DNA from: an uncultured Planctomycetota bacterium
Lineage (GTDB): Bacteria; Planctomycetota; Planctomycetia; Gemmatales; Gemmataceae
Reading direction: 5' to 3'
NCBI GenBank assembly: GCA_963849325.1
Contig: CAWKHF010000001.1
Span: 352,001 to 416,000 of the forward strand
Length of the DNA stretch: 64,000 bases
Positions 63,867 through 64,000 of this stretch are shown here, piece by piece (within the stretch, counting starts at the first letter, position 1; every line of letters begins with the position of its first letter). Below the pieces are notes generated by a model. The model was not told the origin of the DNA and ran no database searches. It worked only from the letters and a program-made list of their open reading frames with translations. The translations under genes were made by a program, and so were the position numbers.

Positions 63867-64000
63867 ATGTCGAAGCCGCGGCGGCGCGATCGCCTTTTCG
63901 CCGTCCTGCTGGTGAGCATCACGGCGCTGGCCGTGCTGCTGCGCCTGGGCGCCCTGCGCTCGGAGTTCTGGTTCGACGAGATCTGGTCGTGGGAGTTCGC
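63867..64000 (+). CDS. Probable GT-C (family 39-like) glycosyltransferase, N-terminus only
   Basis: MSKPRRRDRLFAVLLVSITALAVLLRLGALRSEFWFDEIWSW: first TM followed by W-x-DE motif; runs off window. Confidence 0.6.
   Translation, partial: MSKPRRRDRLFAVLLVSITALAVLLRLGALRSEFWFDEIWSWEF

Overview
This is a GC-rich chromosomal window, very probably from a planctomycete (Gemmataceae-like). That inference rests on the TIGR03000-like, DUF1501, PPC and cytochrome-c/WD40 proteins, an ECF-sigma/Ser-Thr-kinase pair and EDG^PTAVEY Flp pilins. Family assignments come from recognised motifs, not database searches. About 25 genes are split by single-base indels, most likely long-read consensus errors, so many CDS boundaries are reconstructed across frames. 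Metabolic and housekeeping genes include alaS, clpX, hom, a fabF-type KAS, larC, yidD, a macro-domain protein and a LOG-family protein. There is also a kynurenine-pathway trio (nbaC, ACMSD, kynU), three type II toxin-antitoxin pairs, an SdpA/SdpB(HTTM)-like membrane pair, two ECF sigma factors and a minus-strand Tad/Flp pilus locus with four tandem pilins. The most interesting signals are non-coding. (1) There are two c-di-GMP-I riboswitches: one heads the pilin array, the other has its own promoter and terminator but no downstream gene. (2) A promoter-hairpin-terminator leader precedes a GDPD gene. (3) Large palindromes occupy every junction of the Tad operon, including inverted heptamer-repeat cassettes. 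(4) A 99-bp TTA-flanked MITE-like element occurs twice, once inserted inside another palindromic repeat. No rRNA, tRNA, CRISPR array or transposase was recognised.
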